Source: Tubulanus polymorphus
Lineage: Eukaryota > Animalia > Nemertea
Length of the DNA: 64,000 nucleotides
Direction of reading: 5' to 3'
NCBI RefSeq assembly: GCF_964204645.1
Contig: NC_134035.1
Span: 7,534,451 to 7,598,450, forward strand
A program made the translations under genes and the position numbers. Below are positions 1 to 14,500 of this stretch, one piece after another (the stretch's first letter is position 1; the number at the start of each line of letters is the position of its first letter). Below the pieces are notes generated by a model that saw only the letters and a program-made list of their open reading frames with translations, made no database searches and was not told the DNA's origin.

Positions 1-188
1 ATTGTTAGATGACAAAATAATGCCATTACAACGATGGAACTTGTAATGAGTAAAATCTTAATGGCAGGACAAGCTCGATATAGTGTATTTTGTTGGCTAA
101 AGGTGGCGATTCCATCCATCCTCACAAACTTTGGAATGTGTCCTTTTCATCACATGCGCATGCATTGATTCGATATTTTTGTTTGCAG

Positions 189-2580
189 AGGTCTGTTCAT
201 CGTTGTGGAACGCCACTGACGATGAAAAACATATGGTTCGGGTAAGTACCACCACAAAGGGAGATTTCATCGACTGTAGCTGATTTGTTAGCGGTCAAAT
301 TCCTATCTAAAGGATTTGTTATATTCTTTAAGGTTTATAGTAATGGAACGGGTAGTGATTGTTCGAGTCTTTGTAACTGTCTTCCCGATGAGAAAATGGT
401 CTGTAGATATTTACCTTGTCCGCCGCCTGAACATTGTCGCGAAGGCAAAGTCGTTTACGGTAAGAATTTATCATTACCCTCTTATTCATTATATTCATTA
501 TATAGCTTTTTTGAATATAACGAATATGACGAATAAAATGGCTTATTAAGTTAAGGTAGAGTAAAAGGATTGCAACAATAATTAATTTTGGCGAAATGAT
601 GTCTTGGAAATGCTGAGTTAGTGGTAAATTTTTGTTTATAGAGACTAAACCACAGTCGTGTGGTTACCAACTACAAAATGAAATGCGCTGTACTGGAGAT
701 AACCATAGATAACGGACATATCTTACAGAAAAATATTTCTAATCACTATTCTCACTTATACAGGGCATGGGTCGGTTTTTAGTTCGGACGATCGAGGAAC
801 ATGTCACTGTGATAGAGGGGAAATCATCTGTGCCAAAGGATATCTAACGATAGGACAAAGTCGCGGTAAGATCTATCCTCTACGCAAGAGCTGTGTGAGA
901 GTTTTAGCCTCATCTCTGACTCGACTAACGAAACGAAGTATTTATCGGTTGTAGGTCTATTTTTGTACATCGGATATAGCCAGAATGATAAATTGATTAT
1001 GGAGACGTACGGCGTGCCGTTTGACTACGAACTTCTCGCTCGACGTTTAGTTCATCATCTCAACCTGAACCACGAACATCTGGTTAGTTTGAGATTGAAC
1101 CAAATACACCGGTGGCCAAATGAATCACATCTCACTTCTACTTTGCCTGGTCTGGGGCTGGAAGTTAACAAGATCATTCTGTTTTACAGGGTTGTGGTTT
1201 GAGAATGATATCTGCGTATCCCGGGAATTTTATCTTCAAGGTATTATCTTCTAAAACGCGAATCAGACAAATTGTTCCCAAGGTAAGATGACTTATGAAA
1301 GTAGACTCTATATTTGATCCTAAATACGAAAAAGCGCTGTGGCCTTTGAGGCCAAAGGTCGAAGGGTCGAAAAAATAAGGATAGAAATATTTCTAAAAGA
1401 GAGAAATAATTCAATATCTTTGAAAATGTATTAAGTATCAATTTCAAGAAGTGAGGAGTGAAATGGGGAATGACTTATTAAAAATATACAATTCTTAGAT
1501 TACATCAAATTTATGTCTATAGTATCTAAAATAAGTTTTGAAAATGGGGAGTAACTAATTATTGTTTTACGTTACTTTGTCTATATTTGTAATAACATAT
1601 TTTTGATTTTGTGTTAATTCGTTTTCTTTTTAAAATTCAAAATCGAACATTTTAGCAGCAGTTGTATCCTTTATCCTTTGGAAAAAGCTTACATCATTAT
1701 TTTCTGAATATTCTTTCAATTTATTAACGTATCTTTTAAATTATTTCAAATCATTCTACATTCCATCGTAAATTGATTTTGTGGGACTTCGTTGGGAAGG
1801 AAAGGGTCCGGACCCAGAGATCATTCCCCAAAAAGCCACCCATGACATGTGCTGCTCTTGTAGAACTATTCTCTGACTTACAGGATCTATAGTCGCACAT
1901 CGTTTCTTAGGCCGGTTTTTTTTTTATCTTAAAATAGGGATTGTCCTCGTTATTTATTTATTTGGTTGGTAAATTTCGTTTGATTTTTCGATTGAGTGTC
2001 CCTTACAGACCAACAACACCTGCCGGGAGCGAAACAGGGGGTTTGATTTTGAAATCAGAAATCGAAGTGCAGACATAGTTGTGTGATCGGCGGTCGAGTT
2101 AACAGAATTTTTTTTAAACGGAGTACATAATTGGAAATTCGGTTCCGGTTCATGCAAACAATCTTCCATTCAGTCTGAACCGTCAAGCGAGTGATTGGGA
2201 TGAATTTTTCTGGCTGCCTAATTCAGTACATTGAGATTCTGGAAAATAGCTAAGGTTGAGCCGCTTTTAACGCATGTACATTATTTCTACAGGAATGTAT
2301 ATTTCCGGCGATGATGCTGTGCCACCTGATCAACTCAAACGACGTGACCTTGACAACGGATCCGCTTCTATCGACTCTGAGAGCGGCAGCCGTTGACGTG
2401 TTGAGGAATATGCAAAACAGCGACCCTAATAGCGTGCTAACCGGACAAGTCGTTCACAACAGTGCCAGTACAGAATTTTCGAGTTTCCGAACTAGTATTA
2501 TCGTTGTTTTGTTGTGTTCTTTCTACGCGGCGATTTTTGAGAGGCCCCCACCGATCTATCCATCGTATGAAAACCGGTGA
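189..2580 (+). CDS. 3' exons of a multi-exon cysteine-rich (VWC-like) cell-surface protein with a RECK-like C-terminal domain and hydrophobic tail; 5' part not identified (probably upstream of the window)
   Basis: Phase-compatible GT-AG exons at about 189-241, 333-459, 764-865, 955-1082, 1190-1240 and 2293-2580. They give CSSLCNC..CRYLPCPPPEHC, TCHCDRGEIIC, GLFLYIGYS and ECIFPAMMLCHLINS..LLSTLRAAAVDV, ending in the hydrophobic IIVVLLCSFYAAIF. Confidence 0.55.
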
Positions 2581-4119
2581 CAGAATTTTAGCCAATCGCA
2601 TCCGGTGTATTCTGTTATGTTTCCTCGAACAGCAGAAAAGTGACGAGAATAATCATTCCGGAAAGTCGTATAACAGTTTCTACGGTTATCGGTGGCATTT
2701 GAAAATGTTGATGATAAGCAAATGGCGATTTTGTGGCAAAATCTCAAAACGATCATCGTTGAACAAAACGAACGTTTATCCGTCGTTGTTAGAGTTGGGT
2801 CGAATAATGGGACCGGACCAGCTGTGATTTATATATTGTTTTTAAAAATGTGCAAGCGGCGCGTGATGGATGAAGATTTAAAATATATACAGAAAGCTGC
2901 GTTCGATTCGATGCACTTTGGACGATTAGATTCGTTCACCGATTTAAATGATAATCGGTTTGATGATATACAATTCAATCAAATAAAATCTTTTAACAAA
3001 ATATCCGACTACTGGGTATAGTCTACTGTATTAACAATGTGTTATATATCGTTATTTTGTTACTTCAAATATAATGAACTATCTACGATAATGGACGTAA
3101 TTATTAACAATAATCAACTGTGATTTTGCTAAAAAGTAACTCTTCCATGTTTGTTGGAGATGATCTGCCATAAATACATGTATACATGTCTATATGTCTT
3201 GGATATGATATCATTAGTCTTCTGTTATAAATCATTAACGTGTTAATAAAAGAGACGTTTTTACATTTACCAATTGGATATTTCTCATTCAAACGTTATG
3301 TTCAGCTCATTTGGTTTATTGTGGGCTATCGAATTCACTTTTCATTTGTTGTCCATCTGTCTGCGAAGGCAGCAGAAAGCAGAAAACCCTAGTAATGGCT
3401 ACGAGCAGCAATAACGTGTTTTCGGTAAAACTTCACCTCTTAAATTCGAACTGATTCCATACATCTTTAGCTCAAACAGCTAAAATGGCGCCTGGAAACT
3501 GTGAAAAGGCTTATTTGACGATGCCTGGAAATCGGTTGTGTACGTTGCCTGTGGTGCGTAAGACACACTCGTCCATATGAATGCGTTCGCTGAAAGAAAT
3601 AGTTCCTGGAGGCCCACATGCATTATTTTCTACATGAACTCGATAATAGATTTTCTCCTCCTTGAGAACTGCTGTACAGATTTTTTTTTTCTGAGAAGGA
3701 TGAAAACAGCTGCATCTTTTGTGAAAGTAATACAGATTCACACAAATACAAAATCGATCACTAAAATACGCGTATCTAATAGTATAAAAGCTTAGTTACA
3801 ACAATAGTAAGACGAATACAATTGTGCTGCTTTATAAATACTGCTATATGAATGAATGATGAATGGGACCAACATTTTAGCCCTAATCTGCAGCGTGCTC
3901 GTGTTCTGGTATTTAGTTCTGTATCTTCATATCAACGACAGGCAACCGTCGGCGATGTTCTTCTTTGCCCGATTATTTGTAGACGGTCAAAACGATTCCG
4001 CTTTAACTACCGACCTCGACAAAACTAAAGGCAATACGACGAATATTTCAGTAATTGGTGATGATAATAGCTCTAGGATAAATAGCGCTGCTGTTGAAGT
4101 AGATGAACTAACGAAGGAT

Positions 4120-5211
4120 CTTAATATTCTAATGAAAAAACTTTATACCTATGGTATAAGGGGACAGGCACTAGCCTGGTTTGAAAATTATTTAAATAAT
4201 AGGGAAATGTATGTAAAATTTGACAATACAGAATCTATTGTCTACCCACTTAATTACGGAATTCCGCAAGGCTCTGTACTAGGACCTCTTTTGTTTTTAA
4301 TTTATACCAACGATATGTATCTCTGTTTGAAAAAGTGTAAACCAATTTTATTTGCGGATGACACTGATATATTCGTCACTGGTAAATCACTCACTAAATT
4401 ATTTAAGACCTTACACATGATTTGAAAACTCTATATAGTTGGTTCTCTGCAAACAATCTTACATTAAACCTAGGTAAAACTAAACTCGTCCTCTTTAAGC
4501 CTAAAAATGCTTAAAAAGCAGCCCATCAAAACTTTATGAAAATAAATGATTACCAGATCAACTTATCACACTCAGTTACCTTTCTTGGTCTTGAAATTGA
4601 TGAGCATTTAAATTTTAACGCGCATGTAAACTCAATTTGCAAAAAAATAGCTAAACAAATTTATTTGATGAATTCTCTTAAACATTTTGTACCAAGCTTT
4701 ACTCTGAAAATGCTGTATAGTAGCTATATATATTGTCTGATAACTTGGGGATCGTTAATTTCAAAATTTAACCAGAATAGGATTTTCAAACTGCAGAAAA
4801 AAGCAATCAGGATTATAGCTAAGGCTAAATACAATAGCCCAACTAATCTATTATTTAAAAAATTCAATGTCATAAAATTTGAAGATATGATCCAGCTTGA
4901 AGCTGCGAAATTTGGACATCTGCTTTCTAAAAATCTAATTCCTTAACCAATTAATGATATTTTTAAAAAAAATTCTTATAACCATAACTACTATACTCGC
5001 CAACGCAATTACCCTCGTATACCTCAACATACTAAAAGTATAATTAATAGAAGCTTCCTTTGTTCAATTCCCGCCACCTGGCAGAATCTTGGTAAACACC
5101 TTAAATCATCAAAATCAGTTTTGCAGTTAAAAAACAAATTCAAAATTGACATAATTAACCGTTACTAAATTTTATCCTACTGTTTAATGTGACTACATTT
5201 ACAAATACTAT

Positions 5212-5242
<31 letters not shown>

Positions 5243-5246
5243 TGTC

Positions 5247-5299
<53 letters not shown>

Positions 5300-5448
5300 G
5301 GTGACCCATAATTACAAGCAACTTTGCTTTTCATGGGCACCTTTCATTGATATTATGACATTTAATAATTAAAGTTACTTTGTACTTTGTATTAATATAC
5401 TTATATTATATGTTATAATTTCTTCGAAAAATAAAGATTATCATTATT
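4120..5448 (+). mobile_element. 5'-truncated non-LTR retrotransposon (CR1/L2-group-like RT C-terminal half plus 3' UTR)
   Basis: Motifs GIPQGSVLGPLLFLIYTND, LFADDT, FLGLEID and LQKKAIRII, with stops and frameshifts. AATAAA plus an (ATT/ATC) tail, and an AAGGAT duplication at 4114-4119 and 5449-5454. Confidence 0.85.
5212..5297. repeat. (TG)n/(AG)n microsatellite in the LINE 3' UTR
   Basis: Read directly. Confidence 0.95.
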
Positions 5449-8400
5449 AAGGATTTTAACATAAACGATGTAAAAAAAGGATCTCCCTAATACACGCGCT
5501 GAAAGCAAGATATTCGATGAATATAAAACTGGATTGGATTTGCATCAACGCCGGGCGTTCATGGGTCTGATTAAGGATTTCGATCGCTTTATGGCGAACA
5601 ACAAGTTGACGTACATGTTATACGGCGGGTCTCTTTTAGGATCGTACCGCCATCACGGGTTCATTCCGTGGGACGACGATTTTGACGTGTTCATGCCTTT
5701 GTCGCAAACCGACGATTTCCGTCGTATTTTCGACTGCTCCGAACGGGCGCACGGTTCCGTCGGTAATTTGACTTTGTGGAGCACGAGAGTGACGCATCTT
5801 TGGAAAGTTTACCGAACTGGTTCGATACCTTTCCGGCGCTATCCTTGGGCCTGGCCGTTTATCGACGTGTATTTCTATACGGATAATGGAGGTTTGATAT
5901 CCGACGTGACGGAAACACACGAATGGCGCGTCATGAATAAGCGCGATATCTTCCCACTGATAAAGGTACCTTTTGAAGAATTAAGGCTCCCCTGTCCGCG
6001 CAATTGGTATCGCGTTGTGGATTTCCTGTTCACCGAAAACGTTCGTCATCCGACTGACTGGTGTCAAATTCTGCCTTGGAATCACAAACTGGAAATCAGT
6101 GGCCGACGAGGAATGCATCGTTGCGCGCTGTTGAAATACAGATATCCATTCGTGCGGCGAGCATGCGTCGATGGAACCGTCGTAGAATCTCTGATGATCG
6201 GCGACGAAACATTACGTAATTGGACGTACGTGAAGAATTCGTCCGGTTCACCGATCGATCCTTCAATAACGTGTGCTTAGTTAACCATTGTTATTATTTT
6301 AGGTTAGTTATTGTTTTATTTCAGATACGAGGTTTCGCTACTTATGTTTGATTAGATACAGAAACGGCGTTATATTTTCCGAAATGTATTGTATCGTATT
6401 GAATGTACTGTATTTATAGAAATTTATTGTAATGAAATTAAGGACCACGATGGTCTATTTCAATAAACTTTCTCGGTATCTCTGTGTTTTTGTTTACACG
6501 TCGCTCTCGGTTTTGGTACGTATTTTAAACTGTGTCCGGTGGTCGATAAGGCATTCGGAAACGTCTCGAGCACGAGGCCTCCTCTGTCGAATGTGACTGC
6601 GGTTTCTAGAATACGTTGTGCCGCGCTTTGTCACCAGATCGAACTTTGTCGAGTGTTTATATTCGACAAACATCGACTTACTTGCGAACTATTACGATAA
6701 CACGTCATCGCGTCGGGCTCAAAATTGTGGATAACAGCATATGGAATACCACTTAGCCGTCCCATAAGCGGGTGAAAATTTAATCATTCATATATAATGA
6801 AGTAGTATATATTCAATCTTTACGATAACATTTATTTCCAACAGTGGCTTAGTGTCACTGATAGTCATTACGTGAACGCGAGGAATGAACTGCATTCTCC
6901 ACCAAATTGTCAAACAGTCGTTTTCTCAACTGCCAGCGTTCAACAAAAGTCGCATTGATTAGAATTCGGATTCTCGATGACACATTGATCGCATCTGAAA
7001 ATTCAGCAAATCTTTGCCATAAAAGTACATGGACAAATAACTTAAAACGGCTTTGACTTTAAAAGCAACAAGTTTGATGAATTTATGTCTCGCATATGGA
7101 CTCCTTCACTCAGCTATAACCGCCGTCAAAAATCCATCACCGTATGCACCGATAATAATGACCCAACCTGAATCTGATTGCAAATCCGGTTAGCTCTTTC
7201 CATCGGTCGATGGTACATGTAGTCTAAGCACCTCCGAGAACCAACTTTCAACATTGGTTTCTATAGAATATGGCCTAATTGAGAGTTATTGATGGGTTCA
7301 AGGCTGCTTGAAAAATAATTCGAAGATTGAAAACCGTCCTATTGTTCACCGTTAGTTTTTCTGTTCCATTCGAAACATTTCACCGCGATATTGATCAGGT
7401 CTTTGTGAACTTACGTGCAGAAATCTCCACTGAGCAAGCCTATGTACTCAGAATCGAGCCAAATACAATCTTGCATCTGCCAGTCCGTCCAAGGATCTTC
7501 GGATAGATAGCAGTTTTCCGTCGGACATGAGCCGAAACCACATTCCGTGCAGCCCTGCGGTAACTGGGTCGATGTTATCAAACCTTACGAAAGATTCAGT
7601 TTATACCGGTAACCTCATAGTGATAGATATTTCTAGATTACTAGTTTATCGAGTGTATGAACAGAATCGAAGCCAAGTTAAGCGAAAAGTAAAAAGTGTT
7701 GTAAAACGTATTTTTCATACGCAGTCTTCATGGGTTCAAGTCATAATTTTTTGCGTGCTTGCGTTACAGAACGGTTTGCACTGTAGCAGAAGAGATTGTC
7801 AGCTGACACCATTCCATATCATTCCAATTAGTATATCATATGCTGGTCAATGATAGCCAAGGGCGGATTTAAAGGCCTCTAATTATTTCCAAGATTTCAA
7901 TATTGCATTGCAATTTTGTTTAAAAATCACCATAGCTGCTCAAAAAGTTTCAGTTTTACAGATCCTCTTTGGGATGACCTCTTTCATGTCTATACAACCA
8001 GGCCTAAGAAGTTTCGGGTCCCCCAAAGCAGGGTCAATAAGTGAAGGTCGTGTAGTGTGTTCTTTGAGGGAAGATATTAAGAAATGAGCACATACCACCA
8101 ATAGCCGTTTCCTCTATGTTTATACAGACCATCCTTGAAGTCAATGGTTTAGTTTTATTTCGTCTACAGTTGATAAACGAACAGTTGATGAAGGCCATTA
8201 TCAACAGTAACGCTTTACCTGTCTGTAATAAAAATAATCGACAATAACGATTCAATATGCGAAATATACGGCCATATTCGATCGAATATCACGATAATCT
8301 GTAGTTAGCACAAATAACGAGGAAAACCACCCAGGAAAATGTAAATCTATGTTGAATTTCAAAAACTTCGATGGTTTTCCGGATGAATGAAAAGATTTGT

Positions 8401-10912
8401 AAAATAATTCTAAGATTTTCATTTTTACTCAACATGTACGTGTTTTCTGTCTGTAATGCTATGTAGCTATCGAAATGATGATTTTTTTTCTGTTCGTTTA
8501 TATATGAAAATATGTTTGGTCATTGAGAAAAAAAAACATAATAGTTTTGTTCTGATACGTTTAAACAACTGAATGAATGAAAATATTACAATTCGAGGTT
8601 TTTTGTTTTGTTTGATAGCGGAAAAATCATCAGGTAGAGAAAATGAAAGAGAAAATGTTCATACGACGGCAAATCTAGAGAATGGTCAAATCGTTGAAAT
8701 TGTTATGAACAGGAAAGTACGTCGTATGACTCGTATGTGCCTATATACTGTTTAAAAGTATTTACTCACGTTCGATGTCATTCTTGTCTTTACCGGTGTC
8801 GGTTCGTTTTCTGATTCAATTCATCATTCGGTATTAATTCAATAAGTTGTTATTTTATGTGTTTTTCTCCCTCAATTTAACTGTAGATAACTCGTTTGGA
8901 AACGTGTCGCATCTCCATAAACGGCACACGAATTTCATCGACGGAATAATAAAATCAGCAGAATTATCTCAAATATAATCAAATAAATGTCGCGCACAGT
9001 AATAAATATGAGTTTCAAATCATGATAATTGCGATTATGATTCTAACTATTCTAATACTATTGATAACGATAAAGCAACTGGAACGCATTTTCAGTAAAC
9101 TTCAAGATCGTAGTGCTTGGTCTCCCCGGGGAAACCTTCGCGGCATAACTGCATACAAAAAGAAAATCAGTTTTCTATGCAATCCTCATAATTACGGGAA
9201 CATATTGAACGAAGAGAACTGAATTTCCATCAGGGGGTCATTCCATTTTAAGAAGATGCGGAACCGTTTTGGAACCTTGTTTCACATCAAAGCCTAGCGA
9301 TTCTGTACACGAACACGTGAGTTATGGTGATCGGTTTAACAGGCATAACGTGCGGTGTATAAATCAGTGATAGATTTTGCTAGTACACCGCACTGTGGTG
9401 TATTGATGTAATTAGTAATTATCTCTCCTGGAAAATGGCAGCACCTGTCAAACATAGTGAAATATTAGTAACTAACGATACACTGCACCGCGGTGTAGAC
9501 GCACTATAGTGGTATTCCCGTTATTCAACACCCTAGGGTGGAATTCTTTAAAAATTTTCAAATTATCTCCAGCACTATAGGGTATTAATTAGTCAGCACT
9601 GAAAGGGTTTTAAATTACATTAGAAAATTACAAATGATAATATGGTGTAATATAAGTCGATGGATACCAGATGATAACCATAAATGTGTCTTTCGAGAAG
9701 GGAAATACATCCTATACATTAATATAGAAAGACTGTCATGCAATCAACATCTCAAGCATTGAGTTGTTCACCGTGTGATGTCTTGACGACCACTCTATGA
9801 AAGTTTGAGAATGTAATTTTTCATTCAAATAATTGAGAGGAAATCCTGAACCCTAGACAATCAAAATTTTATCATATATGGTGATAAAGTATCGGCAGGG
9901 GCTGGTCGGGTCTTGACAGCATCAGTAATCGGTAAAAATTCGACTCCAGGGCTCGAGACATCGGAAATACCCTCTACTGTAAAATGAAATAATTTTGACT
10001 CGGTCATACTCGACGGACAGCCGTGGTGCTGTGCTTCGATCGATACCCGGCGATAGTAGCTCAACTATTGGTGCTGATAGGTCAAAATGGAACGCAAATT
10101 CTGTCGAGGGATTCGAGGGATGACAATCTGACGAATCCGTCACGAGGTTTCTGACTGAGGAGTTTTAGAGGAACCGTGTTTACCCAGTGTTTATTCGGTA
10201 AACGCGAAGGCCGATAGGTTTCTGAAGGTATCGTATACAAACATAGCGTAATCAGGAAAATCTTCGTAAACATTTATCTTCGTAAATCATCTTATCTTCA
10301 TTCTTCTTCATAACACGAATTAATGAATAAATCATGCTGGATTAACATTCGGTACTAACATTTTAGAAATATCGATCGAACGCTTTTCTATACGGTTTTC
10401 AAATCGAAAATTCACAAACAAAAAAACACTTAAGTACCTCGTCGATTACGGGGTGAATGAAATTGATGTTTGAATGATTAATGACAACACTGCATCGTGT
10501 CATCGCCGATTCCATTTCAAACCGATCCATCAGCAATAAAACAAATGACAAAAAGCGATTCGGATGTAAAAATCATAAAATACAGCGTTTTTGTTTCCCG
10601 ATCACTTGTTATCGCATTTCACTCGACTCATTAGATATGTGTTTGATTCAAATACTGTCGAAACCACTGTGTTCAGCACAGGGCCCGATTCCACAGGGGA
10701 GATGGGAGATACTAAATACTAAGCTCGCAGAATTGTTAGTAACGTTCTACTGGTATGTGCCTGGTCGTAGGCCCTGAGTCCGTCCTGATCTCACTATAGT
10801 ATCCTGAATAAAGCATAGACAATCCAGTCAATAAGTCCAAACCTGTGACCACTACGCATCCAAAGCTGTGCACCTGCTTCTTGTGCAGTTGTTTTTGTTT
10901 TTTAATTCGTAA

Positions 10913-10992
10913 ATAATGATAATGATAATGATAATGATAATGATAATGATAATGATAATGATAATGATAATGATAATGATAATGATAATGAT
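10913..10992. repeat. (ATAATG)n microsatellite
   Basis: About 13 perfect hexamer units. Confidence 0.95.
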
Positions 10993-11559
10993 TTATGTTA
11001 AAAGACTGTGTGGTTGAAATTTGAACTCGAGTTCGGATGGAGTCGACTTTTTTAAATTGTTTCCAAAATCACAAACATGATGAATTGATTGTATTAAATG
11101 TCATGTGGCTCGGGTTTTCTGCATGAATTAACAACTTCATAAATATTAAATCGATGCTAATATGATATTTGCATGTTGAGAACGATAAACGAGTTACATT
11201 AGCAAAAGAGCGGAGTTTGTCGATTGCCACTGAATCGCGTGCTAGTTAAGTTACAAATTCAATATCAGCAAAATGAGATATTTGAGTTGCGAAACGTTCG
11301 AAAAAAACAATATGTCGGAAAATGTTTTGTCTATTTGACGTTTGATGAGTGATATTTGCACAAACGACGCGCTGTGTATATTCATCCAGCAACGACTGAA
11401 GGAAAAAACAACACGAATAACGCACGGTATTGGATGATAGATACACCTGCAAAACCGTACAAAGTATAAGCTGTTCGACTACGCCGGTGAAATCTATCAT
11501 TGGGTTTTGTCAAAAAGAAACCGTCAATTTTCAATACTGGACTAACGTGCGCTGTCGTA

Positions 11560-14500
11560 ATGGCAGATCCCTGGTACAGCAGGATGCGCAGAAACGCCAT
11601 GGAATACGCCGAAGGGTCGAACTTTCACGGGTTGAAGTTCATATTTTACGCGTCGTCTACATTTGCGAGGTTCGTATAACGTAACTAGAAGAACTCATCG
11701 GGAGCACTGTTCCATCGGTGCGGGTTACTTACATGGGCGGATCTAGGAAATATCGAAGGGCTGGGTTCGTTTTTTCTATCCGCTAGATAAATGAATGACC
11801 GACTGGTACCTCTACCTATACACGCCTCTCCGATCCATTTTCCGTATCATTTAAAGCGTGTGTCAATTGTTTATAGGTGTATGTGGCTGTTCGTTTTTCT
11901 GCTGGCCACGACCGGTTTCGTCTATCAAGTTCAGGATCGTATCGGGTACTATCTCGGCCTGCCGATCCGAGTCAATATCGAAGTCGAAGAAGCCAGCGAA
12001 CTGAAGTTTCCAGCGGTGACGATCTGCAATACGAACAGCTTCGTGTAGGTATTAATCATATACACGTTTATCAGTTGACGAGGAGGTGAGATGTTTGCTA
12101 TCACCTCATATTAAGTAAAATCACTCGCGGCCAATGTTTACAACGGCGAGCGAGAACAGCGAGGAACTGGATCCCGATTATCTTTTGTTGAGTCATGTAT
12201 AACAAGTCTCCCGGCACTGGTTAGAAAGACCTGATTGTTCGCAGGAAGGACATCACTCGTGCGATCTCTTTTGTTCGTTCGAAATGTATTTCCAATAATT
12301 CAACGAATGAAGTTCGGCGCAAACGTCCCGGGAAATAACAGAAAATAATATGAATCAACAAAAGTCAGTTCGTAAACAGTGCACTCGTTGAGATATTGAT
12401 CGCTGGATTTTATAGTGTATTTCTTTGACACGACTTTTCAAAGATTCGATTTTTAGAAAATCGATACGGTAACTATGGTGTCACAGATTCTGAAAAATAA
12501 AGCCCGCTCCTTGTAGCGGAGAATGTTTATTTTTCATGCGCGGAATTTTCAATTTTCTCGCGTCCGATTATCAGCCATTATACATTAATGTCAAATATAA
12601 GGGAATAGAGAATAGAGACAAATCGGACCAACCCTGTTGACGATTGGTTCTGTCCACTTGGTTACGATTGGTTAGCCCACTTCGAAAGGAAAGCAACCGC
12701 ACTACTAGAATTTAACTCTACACTCAATAATGTATGGAGGTTCCTGGACACTCAAAGCTTTAGATATTTCCGCTAATGAACTCCACGCTGAGCGGGATTC
12801 TGCCGTTGGAGAGTCTCAAGATGAACATTGAGAGTTTCAATCAGTTTCACTAGTTTCCAAAAGGGAAATGCGAATACTTATTTGCGCTTGAAGTCATCGA
12901 TTGAGAACCTTCGTGGCTGGTGGATTCTTAATTATTTTTTCAGTGACTAAAATAGGCCGCCATTGGCAACGAATAATTTATTTTGTTTTTCAAAGATGTC
13001 ACCGATCCGACGACGGCCCTTCAAATAGCAGTTTTCATGAGTGGATTTAAAAGATTGTGAAAATGCAATATCAATAAGGAAGTTTCCTTTTATCTTTATT
13101 TTGTAGGATGTCAACGGCTTATTGGGACGGATTGTTCTATAATCTAACGCGATACTACACCGCGACGAGAGTCGTTAGGAGCACAATGACAGAACTCGAC
13201 TCCATGAACGCAACTGAGATGGCGCTTCGGTTAGCTCACAAGAAAAAAGATATGATCAAATAGTAAGTATATGCAAAATTATGGGGGGGGGGGTTATCTC
13301 GAGTGTTTAACCATGTTTACTTTCCTTAAACTACATTTTGATATGTTAGAATATGTTGAATTTATATCTCAATGCTGATTTCATTCTTAGCCGCTGTCGA
13401 GAATTTTGAATTTTTCTACCTGTGAAACATAAACGCGAGTAATCCCACTATAATTAAGCCAAAAAATCAGTACGTTTTTAGCCGAAACGTCGCTCAAATT
13501 CATCACCAACCTGTAACAACATACAGACAGTCTATCCGATGTGTGTGTCTGATTGTTGCGTTGTGCTAATATTGTCTTTGCACGACCTCGGTGTTTGCGA
13601 GACATATTGTGTATCGTAATGATTGAAATTTCCCCAGTTTGACACGTTAGTCAGTGATATGATGAACGTATACACACAAAAACACGGAAGCAAACACCAT
13701 CGTCAGTTCTCGTAACTCGTAAACGCACACGTGACAGGGGTGTGAGTTGGGATCTTATAATGATCGGGTGATCTAATAACAATTGAATGTTTTTCTTCCA
13801 GTTGTTTTTTTCGTTCGACGCCATGCAGTTATCTGAATTTCACGACGCGTTTGACCGATTATGGAGTGTGTTATACTTTTAACGGAAATTCTCGCGAGCA
13901 GGAAATGACGACAAATACGGGTTCGTTTTCTAGAATGAGTGTAATTTTTCAGTCTTGATTTACTTAACTTAAATGCTCCGAGGTTGTTTAGTATATTCAA
14001 CGCAAATTTAAACAAAAATATAACATTTAAAAGCAGGAGGGAGATCCAACATAAGCTATCAGCTTGTTTTAGTAAGGCACCGTAGAAAGAAAATGATAAA
14101 GTAGTATTTATGTTAAGCCCGACGCACGCACATAACGCTGTGAAGCGCGGAAACGGGAAACTGAACCGTGTTCCCGAGCGTTACCTGCGTCGTCTCCGTT
14201 GGGCTTTTTGATCCAGGAAGAAAGACACTAAATATTTGGATGGATATATGAAAGCTGTGGGTACTGGAGTGTGTAATGGGTAGTGTAGTGTGATCTGTGT
14301 GCATTTGTGGCCAGCACACAGATCACACATTGTTCATTGGGGTTTGGTCCAGGACTCGCGAGATTTTCAACAACACGGAAGTAACGTGTAATAAATGATG
14401 ACTTGAATTGCCTGACTACCTACCACCCCTCATTATTGTTGGAAAACTAAACGTTCGGCACTGACTAAAAATTAGTAATAACATTTTAGAAATGGCCAGA

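Larger units (their letters stand above)
3856..6280 (+). pseudogene. LicD/fukutin-related nucleotidyltransferase (type II membrane anchor) interrupted by a LINE insertion
   Basis: The N-terminal TM anchor (ILALICSVLVFWYLVLYL) and stem lie at 3856-4119. The catalytic part at 5534-6280 has the LicD motif LYGGSLLGSYRHHGFIPWDDDFDV and FIDVYFY. The LINE occupies 4120-5448, and one extra A in the A7 run at 5472-5478 shifts the rejoined frame. Confidence 0.75.

Noticed and set aside
4153-5451. LINE removed as an intron from the LicD gene
   Set aside because: The one candidate donor/acceptor pair I tested gives an immediate stop codon.
9861-10273. Small secreted-protein gene on the minus strand
   Set aside because: It has a signal-peptide-like start, but the frames are fragmented and no domain is recognisable.
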